A stretch of DNA of 16,408 nucleotides from positions 1 to 16,408 of IMG/VR virus record IMGVR_UViG_2617271072_000010. One strand, given 5' to 3'. Numbering within the stretch: the stretch's first letter is position 1; every line of letters begins with the position of its first letter. Position numbers and translations under genes: made by a program. The DNA is from a virus. Lineage: Duplodnaviria; Heunggongvirae; Uroviricota; Caudoviricetes. The notes under the pieces were generated by a model that was given only the letters and a program-made list of their open reading frames with translations, was not told the origin of the DNA and did no database searches. This document shows positions 1 to 7,741 of this stretch, one piece after another.

Positions 1-13
1 TATGGACACAGGC

Positions 14-880
14 CTAAGCGAGGTTCTTGTTTTCAAATTGTTCCGGACTGAGGCCGCCACACCAACTGTGCCGCCGCCACCGATTGTAATCACATTCGAT
101 ATAATTAAACACCGTTGCCCGCATTATTTCCCGGCTGATAAAGTGTTCTCCATGGATACATTCCACTTTCAGCGAATGAAAGAAGCTTTCCACGCAGGCA
201 TTATCGTAGCAGCAACCTTTTGCGCTCATACTTCCACGCAGATTATGCCGCTTCAGTTGCGCCTGATAATCTGCTGAACAGTACTGGCCTCCACGGTCCG
301 TGTGAACGATAACGTTCCGGGGCCTCTTACGCCGCCACAGCGCCATCTGCAGGGCATCGCAGGCCAGTTGCGCCGTCATGCGTGGCGACATTGACCAGCC
401 AATAACGGCACGTGACCACAGGTCAATGACCACTGCCAGATACAGCCAGCCTTCATCTGTACGTAAGTACGTGATGTCTCCTGCCCACTTCTGGTTCGGG
501 CCACTGGCGTAAAAATCCTGCTCCAACAGATTTTCTGACACAGGCAGGCCGTGTGCGCGGTAGCTGACCGGGCTGAACTTCCGGGAGGCCTTTGCCCTCA
601 GTCCCTGACGGCGCAGGCTTGCCGCCACGGTTTTTACGTTAAAGGGGTAACCCTGAGCACGCAGTTCATCCGTCAGGCGTGGGGCACCGTAACGCTGTTT
701 TGACCGGGTAAAAGCCGCGAGGACAACGCTGTCGCAGTGTTGGCGGAACTGCTGACGCGTGCTTATCCTTGTCCGCCGCTGACACCACGTATACCAGCCG
801 CTGCGGGCCACCCGGAGCACGCGGCACATTGCTTTGATGCTGAACTCAGCCTGATGTTTTTCAATAAAGACATACTTCAT
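14..880 (-). CDS. insF: IS3 transposase OrfB (InsF), DDE integrase-type catalytic domain, 288 aa
   Basis: Translation [36 protein letters not shown]... is recognised as IS3 InsF; overlaps the upstream orfA by 4 nt as expected for the IS3 frameshift arrangement. Confidence 0.92.
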
Positions 881-1176
881 TTCAGGCGCTTCGCGAAGTA
901 TGTCGCGGCCTTTTGGAGGATAGCCAGCTCTTCATCCCGTTCTGCCAGCTGGCGTTTGAGACGTGCAATCTCGGTAGACATCTCCAGTTCACGTTCAGAA
1001 GACGTCTGCTGATTTTGCTGTTTACTGCGCCAGTTGTAGAGTTGTGATTCATACAGGCTGAGTTCACGGGCTGCGGCAGTAACACCGATGCGTTCAGCAA
1101 GCTTCAGGGCTTCACTGCGAAATTCAGGCGAATGCTGTTTACGGGGTTTTTTACTGGTTGATACTGTTTTTGTCAT
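877..1176 (-). CDS. insE: IS3 transposase OrfA (InsE), HTH/leucine-zipper part, 99 aa
   Basis: Translation [50 protein letters not shown]... from the ATG at 1176, preceded by GAGGTGA; the ORF track starts three codons earlier at 1185. Confidence 0.9.
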
Positions 1177-1245
1177 GTGAGTCACCTCTGACTGAGAGTT
1201 TACTCACTTAGCCGCGTGTCCACTATTGCTGGGTAAGATCAACCT

Positions 1246-1800
1246 TTATTCGGTGAGTGCTTTGGTTAATCCGAGAAGTGGGATCTGTCCTTGCTTTTCG
1301 AGTCTCTCAATCTTCGCAAGTAGGACGGGCTTCTTCACCCTACCCCAACGATTCAGAAGACGGCCTGACATACTGGCCACATCCTTCTCCTTCATGAACT
1401 CCAGCATTACTGCATTTCGTTCTTCTTCAAACTGACGCCAGCCAACTTGAAGCATCGCGTACATCCAATTGAAAGCATTGATGTAAGCAATTTTGATCCG
1501 CATGGCTTCTTTCTTGGTGTAAGACATGACAAGAAGCATCAATCCATCCTTGCGGAGTCGGTAGAATTTCTGCGGTTTTCCATTCTGTAACTCATTGTTT
1601 CTATAGCAAAGCTCAAAGTTGAGCTTTGTATCAAACTCTGGTGGGCAAGCGTCTATGGTCCGTTCAATATCGCGAACTACGTTTTTCGACAGCTTACCGA
1701 ATGCTTTCGCCACCATAAACGAATCGGTAACCGGATCGTTGTTTGCTACAAAAATCAGGTCTCGGAAATCGATGCCGTTAACAACTGTTGGGTAGTTCAT
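1246..1800 (-). CDS. Rha-family phage regulatory (antirepressor-like) protein, 184 aa
   Basis: N-terminal segment ...PVTDSFMVAKAFGKLSKNVVRDIERTI... resembles the Phage_pRha domain. The stop codon lies 5 bp outside the IS3 terminus, so the ORF is not truncated by the IS. Confidence 0.6.
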   Translation of the reverse strand: MNYPTVVNGIDFRDLIFVANNDPVTDSFMVAKAFGKLSKNVVRDIERTIDACPPEFDTKLNFELCYRNNELQNGKPQKFYRLRKDGLMLLVMSYTKKEAMRIKIAYINAFNWMYAMLQVGWRQFEEERNAVMLEFMKEKDVASMSGRLLNRWGRVKKPVLLAKIERLEKQGQIPLLGLTKALTE

Positions 1801-1951
1801 AGCGTATACCTTACTTTGAGATGAACCTTTGCCGCATAGGAGATCAGCCCGTCGAGGCTCGCCAGCACTAACTAACTCCTCAAAGGCTCATTCCAAAAGG
1901 TTGGGTTCGACGTGATTGAATGCGCTGCGGTGCGCGGTGAAATGCAGATAC

Positions 1952-1978
1952 AAAAAAGCCCCGGTATTAAACCGAGGC
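1952..1978 (-). terminator. Rho-independent terminator candidate downstream of the lysis cassette
   Basis: Minus-strand hairpin GCCTCGG-TTTAATA-CCGGGGC (7-bp stem with one G-U) followed by TTTTTT. Confidence 0.4.
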
Positions 1979-2085
1979 TTATAATTCTTTCTCTTTTTCA
2001 GAGAATGCGGATTAATGAACGTGCTTCATTGCTGGTTTCATCACAGCTTGGCACATATTTACTACTTTCATTTCTCATTTTCAAT

Positions 2086-2301
2086 TTATTTTTTTGCACA
2101 GTTAGCCTGCACTGATTTATTGTGCACCAATATGTCCCGCTTCGTCTGCTTATCCAGCACGGCAATATCGTGTTCAGTGAGGTAGATAATGTCCACCCAG
2201 TCACAGGCTGTGTCCGTTAATTCAGGTTTTGCGGGTAAAGTTTTCGCGCAACTCACGGTCAACATCGTCATCAGGAAGATGATTAACAGTCTGCTGTACA
2301 C
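2086..2301 (-). CDS. Putative o-spanin-like lipoprotein (Rz1-like), 71 aa
   Basis: Signal peptide with a Cys at position 18 (MYSRLLIIFLMTMLTVSC); overlaps the 3' end of the preceding membrane-protein gene by 80 bp in another frame, the overlapped spanin arrangement. Not proline-rich, so only tentative. Confidence 0.4.
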   Translation of the reverse strand: MYSRLLIIFLMTMLTVSCAKTLPAKPELTDTACDWVDIIYLTEHDIAVLDKQTKRDILVHNKSVQANCAKK

Positions 2302-2491
2302 CCCTGGCTCCTTTTGTTGTCTCTACCCGGCGTTCAGCCACTGCTTCAGTGGCAGCGGCCTTTTCTTCGGTGCGTTGCTGGTTGGCTTTCGCTTCGGCTT
2401 TGCTGGTGCCGCGCGAATGGCCTAATCCAAATGCGGCGGCTATAGCAGCTAAAACAGCTGCAAGGAGTCCGATAATCATCTCAAGCGTCAT
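2222..2491 (-). CDS. Putative i-spanin-like protein (Rz-like), 89 aa
   Basis: One N-terminal transmembrane helix (IIGLLAAVLAAIAAAFGL) then a charged, Ala/Glu-rich tail; start overlaps the endolysin stop (ATGA). Shorter than typical Rz. Confidence 0.4.
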   Translation of the reverse strand: MTLEMIIGLLAAVLAAIAAAFGLGHSRGTSKAEAKANQQRTEEKAAATEAVAERRVETTKGARGVQQTVNHLPDDDVDRELRENFTRKT

Positions 2492-3030
2492 ATAACCACC
2501 CGCTCCTTTACCCAGCCATAAACAAACGTCTCGTTCGCGCTGCGCTGTTCTGCCAGTTCAAGATAACGTTGACCCTGGCTGCAATTCAGAGCCCGGAGCA
2601 TTACCAGCTCTCCTTCTTTCCCGCGTCGAGATAGGTAACTTTTTAGCGCACTAACAGTTCGCGGACCTATAAAACCATCCGCAATCAGTTCGGGATAGAG
2701 CGTGCCCTGAATGTTGAACACGTTCAGCCAGCGCTGAAACCACTTGGTCTGAACCGATGGCCCCATGTTTACGCCCGTGTCGCAGAGTTCAGCGGCGATG
2801 GCTGGTGACACCTCAGAAATAAGGTCGAATCGCGGGCCTGTCCAGTAGTCAGCCGTCAGAATATCCAGCGCCTGCTGGCGGGTGAGATCGCGCATATCTC
2901 CTACATACCCATGTGCCCGCGCCGTTGCCTGAGTGATACCCCAATTCGTTGGGCCGCCTTTATCGTCGGGATGGTTAACATAGCCGCCCTCTTTGCCAAG
3001 GATGGCATTGAAGATATCGTCTTTAGTCAT
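2488..3030 (-). CDS. Phage endolysin, glycoside hydrolase family 108 N-domain with a C-terminal peptidoglycan-binding domain, 180 aa
   Basis: N-terminal ...ILGKEGGYVNHPDDKGGPTNWGITQATA... matches the GH108 signature; C-terminal half resembles PG_binding_3. Start shares one nucleotide with the upstream stop (TAATG). Confidence 0.85.
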   Translation of the reverse strand: MTKDDIFNAILGKEGGYVNHPDDKGGPTNWGITQATARAHGYVGDMRDLTRQQALDILTADYWTGPRFDLISEVSPAIAAELCDTGVNMGPSVQTKWFQRWLNVFNIQGTLYPELIADGFIGPRTVSALKSYLSRRGKEGELVMLRALNCSQGQRYLELAEQRSANETFVYGWVKERVVI

Positions 3031-3311
3031 TAGTGCCTCAGATGATCAACCAGCCGCGCTACGTTGCCTCTGACGGCGACAAGCACAGACAGGAAAATAA
3101 TGTTGGCCCCGATAGTGGCCCAAGATGAATAAGGGTAGATACCGCACAGATACGCCAGCGGTACGGCGCTATAAATGACCGTAAGCAGCCAAGCTAAGCG
3201 AGATATCCACGGTCGATGTCGCGAATCGCCGCGACGGTAAAACATCAGGGTCAGCACTACCCCAGCGCAGAGTAACGCATTGATAGTTGCCGATGGGTCA
3301 TTTAGTACCAC
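3030..3311 (-). CDS. Holin-like small membrane protein (second holin or antiholin candidate), 93 aa
   Basis: Strongly hydrophobic with predicted transmembrane helices; sits immediately upstream of and coupled to the endolysin. Confidence 0.5.
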   Translation of the reverse strand: MVLNDPSATINALLCAGVVLTLMFYRRGDSRHRPWISRLAWLLTVIYSAVPLAYLCGIYPYSSWATIGANIIFLSVLVAVRGNVARLVDHLRH

Positions 3312-3684
3312 CTGAACCTCCCCGGCGCGTTATCAGCGCCACCAGCGAGCCAACATCCTGATTATTCAGGAACGTCAGGATTTTGACGGCTAAAGCAGAA
3401 ACGATTACGGCACCAATGGCATCCAGTGGTTTATCACTGTAGCCAGTAACCTGAGCCAGCTTTGAACCCACCAGCCCGGAACAAAGGATCCCCGCAATAT
3501 ACGACACCAGAAAATATGCCAGACGGCGCGCTGCACTCAGGTCCGCTGTGGTGGCAATGTAAAATACAGCCCCGGCAAACGCGCCAAAGACCACGCCGTA
3601 ATCGGTTCCGGACAGAAATCCATAGACGCTGGCCCCCGTCAGGACACCACCAGCCAGCCCAGTACCGGAAATCGGATCGGACAT
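3298..3684 (-). CDS. Holin-like membrane protein, 128 aa
   Basis: Gly/Ala-rich hydrophobic segments predicting about three transmembrane helices; first gene of the lysis cassette; RBS AGAGGGGG upstream of the ATG. Confidence 0.5.
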   Translation of the reverse strand: MSDPISGTGLAGGVLTGASVYGFLSGTDYGVVFGAFAGAVFYIATTADLSAARRLAYFLVSYIAGILCSGLVGSKLAQVTGYSDKPLDAIGAVIVSALAVKILTFLNNQDVGSLVALITRRGGSGGTK

Positions 3685-3731
3685 TTAGCCCCCTCTTAAT
3701 TGCTGTGAATCCTCTCAGGAATGAGGGGAAT

Positions 3732-3753
3732 AAAAAAGGCCGCATAAGCGACC
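3732..3753 (-). terminator. Rho-independent terminator candidate just upstream of the holin (tR'-like position)
   Basis: Minus-strand hairpin GGTCGC-TTAT-GCGGCC followed by TTTTTT; a second imperfect hairpin (3711-3728) follows. Confidence 0.4.
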
Positions 3754-3776
3754 TCGACATTTGGATGTTAGTTTTT

Positions 3777-3998
3777 TTATATCCAGTGGCTCATCAATTC
3801 CGGCTGTACCTTTTGAAGCACTTCTTGCGGTGATGGGGCTTCAATAATTTCTGAGAATACACATCCCCTATCATTGAGTCTATGCTTAAACCTTGCCATT
3901 TTAGCGCTATCTCTATCAAGATACTCTTCTGAAACAACAAGATGCTTCTCAACTTCCAAACCTTCTTCTTTATGCTGGTAAACGTAATAAAACCCCAT
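3777..3998 (-). CDS. Hypothetical small acidic protein, about 73 aa from the internal ATG
   Basis: The ORF track starts at 4013, but the second ATG (3998) has a good RBS (AAGGAG, 5-nt spacer). No family recognised. GC intermediate. Confidence 0.35.
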   Translation of the reverse strand: MGFYYVYQHKEEGLEVEKHLVVSEEYLDRDSAKMARFKHRLNDRGCVFSEIIEAPSPQEVLQKVQPELMSHWI

Positions 3999-4045
3999 GG
4001 AGTCTCCTTTCATTTAGGTGCCTGTTATGAATACCACCATAAAGC

Positions 4046-4067
4046 AAAAAACCCCGCCAAAGCGAGG
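4046..4067 (-). terminator. Rho-independent terminator candidate downstream of the nuclease-like cargo gene
   Basis: Minus-strand hairpin CCTCGC-TTTG-GCGGGG (one G-U) followed by TTTTTT. Confidence 0.45.
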
Positions 4068-4222
4068 TTTAAAATCTTTTAAGTACGTGTCCAAGTGACC
4101 AATCTTAACACAGTACAACAAGATTTGCGGACCGCGCTAGGGATTTCTTATTCTTTTTTACCAGATTAGATGCAGCTCGACATCTATAAAGAATCATTAT
4201 TATATTCAATCTTTAAATAAGT

Positions 4223-5072
4223 TCATAGTTGAACCCTAGCACTTCCACCATTTTGAACTGGTGAAATATAATCGGAGAACTCAGGATATAAGGAAATTTT
4301 ACCAGAGGTTAACATAAACATAAATGTACCGAAAAACTTCATGTGGAAATATTCATCATCTTTTGGAGTCAAGAAGCAACTTTTAAAGTTTTGCTGGCGA
4401 AGCATCGGGAATGGAAGTTTCACTCCATCCGGGGCTGAATAGGCAAGAAGCCCATCTTCGATACTAAGGATTAGGTTATGCCTATGCCTAAATTGTATTT
4501 CATCAGAGTAAAGATTATCTAGTTCATTTTCTATATTGCTTATATCAAAATCAAGCTTCTTACAGATCAATATGCTAGAATAAACATGAAAAGGGTTGTT
4601 TTCCGGATCAAAGTTAAAACTGCTAGAGTTAAAACTTAATGAAGGGTTTTTTATTCTCTCGGCGATTGCTTTATTTTTCGCCAGTTTGTTAATGGCGTCT
4701 CGAAAAGCAGCGCGAGATAAATTTGACTTAACCTCACCAATGCAGTAAACAGATTCAATTGGGAAAAACCTATGTTTATCTCCACCTTGAAAAAGTGGTG
4801 TCATTTTAGAATCAAAAATAACAACATCACACTGCGTGCTAATGTCATCCATCGCGGACATTAAAAAACCATTAGATATAGCAAGTCGCTGAGGAACTAT
4901 AAAGTTCAAAAAATCCCTTACTACCGACTCACGATATATTCCATATTCACCAGCATGAATAAGACGATTGTTTTCAGGATCATAAAAAACTTCAGTTGAA
5001 GTTGCGGAAAAAGAATTTTTTAAAAATATCTATTTTCTCACGGTATAGTGCATCAAATATCCTATTTGACAT
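4223..5072 (-). pseudogene. Low-GC cargo gene with a PD-(D/E)xK-like nuclease motif, family unassigned; split by a +1 frame change in a T5-A6-T5 run (reconstructed product about 283 aa)
   Basis: ATG at 5072 has a strong RBS (AGGAGG) and opens a 27-codon frame ending at 4992. The main frame (4223-4909, TTG start in the ORF track) is open back to 5029; one base fewer in the TTTTT/AAAAAA run near 5005-5020 joins them. Motif: ...CDVVIFD...(22 aa)...PIESVYCIGEVKSN (D then E-x-K). Confidence 0.45.
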
Positions 5073-5093
5073 ATTACCCTCCTGTATATATGA

Positions 5094-5129
5094 ATACCCA
5101 TGATACAAATATAGTCTCATCATGGGTAT
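5094..5129. promoter_or_regulatory. Perfect 11-bp inverted repeat (ATACCCATGAT-N14-ATCATGGGTAT) between Q and the cargo gene
   Basis: Read directly from the sequence; no adjacent T-run on either strand, so not an intrinsic terminator. This is where pR'/qut would be expected. Confidence 0.3.
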
Positions 5130-5146
5130 ACACTTCAGAGCATAAA

Positions 5147-5521
5147 TTAACTTATCTCAACATCCATATCTAGTGTTATGTCTAGCATAGAAAGGCAACC
5201 ATCGATGAACCCTTCAGCCATCTGCATTTCAATACGTATCAATTTCTCATCTTTTTTGCGAGCTCTTGCAAGCTTTCTTTTCGAGATGCCATACAGGTAA
5301 TGGGCCACAATCAAAGAATGCTCGTACGGTTTTCGCTTTTTAAGAAGAGCAAGACAACCTTCAATAATTAATGCATCACTATCTGAACAAGCCTGACGTG
5401 TTTTGCTTGTATAGGGAAGAAGCCCTTTAAACCCAGCAGCTATAGGAGAATAGTCTACTCCTGAACTATCACTCGCCGCCCATGCTCCCCAACGATCCAG
5501 AACCATTTGAATATCACGCAT
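5147..5521 (-). CDS. Late-gene antiterminator Q (DLP12 QuuD / Qin QuuQ type), about 124 aa
   Basis: MRDIQMVLDRWGAWAA...AAGFKGLL... resembles the Q antiterminators of E. coli lambdoid prophages as I recall them. ATG at 5521 has GGAG 7 nt upstream; the ORF track starts at a TTG at 5536. Confidence 0.8.
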   Translation of the reverse strand: MRDIQMVLDRWGAWAASDSSGVDYSPIAAGFKGLLPYTSKTRQACSDSDALIIEGCLALLKKRKPYEHSLIVAHYLYGISKRKLARARKKDEKLIRIEMQMAEGFIDGCLSMLDITLDMDVEIS

Positions 5522-5538
5522 CAACTTTCTCCACAAAA

Positions 5539-6534
5539 TCAGGCCAGCACGCCAATTGCCAGCGCACGATCGATAAAACGAAATATCAGCTCCAGCTGGG
5601 AGCCATACCTCTCTTCAAATGCCACGGTATCCGCATGCAGCTCGTCGTGATGCTTTCTGCACAAAGGCAACACAAAAAGGTCATGCGCTTTTGTACCCAT
5701 TCCACACTGACCGTGGCCTATCAGGTGGTGGGGATCATCAGCGGGCTTTCCACAACATGCACACGGCTGTGTCTTAACCCAGCGCGTGTACTTTTCATTA
5801 ACCCAGCGGCGACGTTTTGGGCGTAACATAAAAGACTCCGGCGACTCCGGATCCACTTTCAGCGCCAGCACCTTTTTCGCTTTATCCTGGATGATGCTGG
5901 TGGCAGGAATCGAAGGCACAAGGTCACTTTCCCGGGTGACAGACGGCACAACAGGCTTCGGTAATCTCAGTGCCTTACGGGCTGCACTTTCCGGTAAGGC
6001 ATCCGCCAGTTCATTACGAATCAGCCACCAGCACAGTTCCGGCATTGTCACAACGTGACTATCATCAAAACCGAGATCACGGCGCACAACAGATAACACC
6101 CAGCGGGCACAGTTATCCGTTGCCATTGATTCCAGCCGTTCCGTGAACTGATCGCGCAGCTGGTTATCGCAGTGCCAGCACAGACGGATTGCGCCCGGAG
6201 CGTGTCGCATTGTGGTCATGTTCTCGCTGTGCCAGTTGGAATGAGGCCACTGACAGCCCTTTTCACGAAGTAACCAGCTTTCAAGACATTCCACGCCACC
6301 AGCACGACGGATCACTGCCTCATTGCGGAACACGGCCCGAACGGCAGGATCATCCGCCAGCGGTTGTGATGCTGCCGGAACGGCACCACTGGCGAAAGAT
6401 GAATAACGTTCCGGCTCAGGCTCCAGCAGGACACGCCCCTGCATAAACAGGGGCATCAACTCTGAACCTGGTCTGAACAATACGATCCCCATACGCGGGG
6501 CAATTTCAGGGGTCAGTAGTGCTCTCACGGTCAC
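5539..6534 (-). CDS. DUF968-family prophage protein (YdfU-like), 331 aa
   Basis: Cys/His-rich C-terminal region (CACCGKPADDPHHLIGHG...LCRKHHDELH), the usual neighbour of Q in Qin-type prophages. Confidence 0.65.
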   Translation of the reverse strand: MTVRALLTPEIAPRMGIVLFRPGSELMPLFMQGRVLLEPEPERYSSFASGAVPAASQPLADDPAVRAVFRNEAVIRRAGGVECLESWLLREKGCQWPHSNWHSENMTTMRHAPGAIRLCWHCDNQLRDQFTERLESMATDNCARWVLSVVRRDLGFDDSHVVTMPELCWWLIRNELADALPESAARKALRLPKPVVPSVTRESDLVPSIPATSIIQDKAKKVLALKVDPESPESFMLRPKRRRWVNEKYTRWVKTQPCACCGKPADDPHHLIGHGQCGMGTKAHDLFVLPLCRKHHDELHADTVAFEERYGSQLELIFRFIDRALAIGVLA

Positions 6535-6558
6535 CTCAATGAACGGTATCGAGCAGCT

Positions 6559-7332
6559 TTAACAGCTCAGGGATCGGGATTCGAAGAAATGCGGCTGCGT
6601 CTCGCGCGGATTTGCGGGACTGGTGATGTTCTTGCCGAACATGCAACCTTTCGCTGTCAGCGACCAGAATTTTTTGATGTTGTTAATCGCGGTACGGCTG
6701 TATCGTTCGCGCTGCTCGACGATCCCCAGCTTCACCATCTGGTGATATGCCTGATTAGCCGTCAGGCGGATACCATACTGTTTCAGCAGTGCACTCAGTG
6801 ACAGTGTCGGGCGACTTGAGCCATCGTGTGCATCAGCAGGAGCATCAATGGCATAGCGCGGTGCCAGATTCGGTAAGCCAACAGCCTCCTGAAGTTTCTG
6901 ACAGGCTCCAAGCACTGAAGAGTTAGACAGATTTAACTCCCGGCGCATAAAGTCCAGCAGAATCACGCCAGCCTGCATCTTGTCAGCAGCCTGTCCGGAT
7001 AATTTTTCAGGTGCACTGGTTACCATGTCGAAAGTACGGATCACCTTCAGATGGAATGACGGGCTGATCCACATTGCATAGGCATACACCAGTTCTTTGC
7101 AGACATACGTCCCCTGGTTATTTCCGCCACGAATAACGTTAACTGGCTCTATATTGACCGAGTTGCAAATCTGCAACTCGCTTATTAAACGTTCAGTTTG
7201 CTCATTGCGGAGCCAGAATGCAGGCTTATGCTTATCCAGAGAACCGGCAGCCCTGTGCAGATCGTTCAGGCTGTAACGCCCATAAGCATCACGACGAACT
7301 TCAATACCATCAATGACCATCAGATTATTCAT
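6559..7332 (-). CDS. KilA-N plus KilAC (ANT) domain protein, antirepressor-like, about 257 aa
   Basis: MNNLMVIDGIEVRRDAYGRYSLNDLHRAAG...KPAFWLRNEQTERLISEL resembles the KilA-N domain; C-terminal half resembles KilAC. Start set at the ATG at 7332 (RBS AGGAG); the ORF track starts at 7365. Confidence 0.6.
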   Translation of the reverse strand: MNNLMVIDGIEVRRDAYGRYSLNDLHRAAGSLDKHKPAFWLRNEQTERLISELQICNSVNIEPVNVIRGGNNQGTYVCKELVYAYAMWISPSFHLKVIRTFDMVTSAPEKLSGQAADKMQAGVILLDFMRRELNLSNSSVLGACQKLQEAVGLPNLAPRYAIDAPADAHDGSSRPTLSLSALLKQYGIRLTANQAYHQMVKLGIVEQRERYSRTAINNIKKFWSLTAKGCMFGKNITSPANPRETQPHFFESRSLSC

Positions 7333-7351
7333 ACTTCGTTTCTCCTCTTGA

Positions 7352-7741
7352 TCAGGCGGCTGCACCCGCCGTTTTCTCGTACTTACTGATAGTGATCTCG
7401 ACCTTCCCTTCCGGGATAACCGGTCCCCACTCCACCAGCATTCTTTTCACCTGACTGTCGTCTTCCCACACACCCGCGTGGGTCAGGGCGTCAAACAGCG
7501 CCTTGTTATAGTTGTCCAGATCGCGGATCCGGTTATCCGGAGGAAACAACACGATCTCCACTGAAGCTGGTGCCGACGTTGGTTTCGGCAGACGGCGTAA
7601 CTGCTCAATGATGGCGGCACACGCCGCGCCCTGGAATTTACGCCCCGCCGCGCTTATCAGGCTCTTACCTGCAAAAGCCCCTTTGTTGGGGTGTCGCCAG
7701 TACGTGTTCACGCTGGGGGGAAACGGCAGGATCAGCTTCAT
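7352..7741 (-). CDS. rusA: RusA-family Holliday junction resolvase, 129 aa
   Basis: LPFPPSVNTYWRH... and ...RDLDNYNKALFDALTHAGVWEDDSQV match the RusA signature. Confidence 0.8.
   Translation of the reverse strand: MKLILPFPPSVNTYWRHPNKGAFAGKSLISAAGRKFQGAACAAIIEQLRRLPKPTSAPASVEIVLFPPDNRIRDLDNYNKALFDALTHAGVWEDDSQVKRMLVEWGPVIPEGKVEITISKYEKTAGAAA

Larger units (their letters stand above)
1..1241 (-). mobile_element. IS3: IS3 insertion sequence, cut by the window start (about 17 bp of one terminus missing); other terminus ...GGGTAAGATCA ends at 1241
   Basis: Both transposase ORFs match IS3 InsE/InsF as I recall them; the terminal sequence at 1186-1241 is the reverse complement of the IS3 left end (TGATCTTACCCAGCAATAGTGGACACGCGG...). 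Element length of about 1258 bp is from memory. Confidence 0.9.

Noticed and set aside
737-1100. ORFs 737-1012 (plus) and 882-1100 (minus) inside IS3
   Set aside because: Alternative frames or antisense of the IS3 transposase genes.
1912-2425. Small ORFs 1912-2115 (plus), 1998-2204 (minus) and 2189-2425 (plus)
   Set aside because: They lie in the intergenic or terminator region or antisense to the spanin candidates, with no RBS and hydrophobic low-complexity translations.
3434-3833. ORFs 3434-3760 (minus) and 3462-3833 (plus) overlapping the holin gene and terminator region
   Set aside because: Alternative frame or antisense of the holin-like gene, with Arg/Trp-rich junk-like translations.
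4020-4222. tRNA gene between Q and the lysis genes, as in several Stx phages
   Set aside because: No cloverleaf-compatible sequence or conserved T-arm motif seen by eye here or near the integrase; a tRNA scan would be needed to be certain.
5482-6446. Plus-strand ORFs inside the DUF968 gene (5482-5826, 5786-6058, 6189-6446)
   Set aside because: Antisense to a long, clearly coding minus-strand gene; no RBS or protein-like composition.
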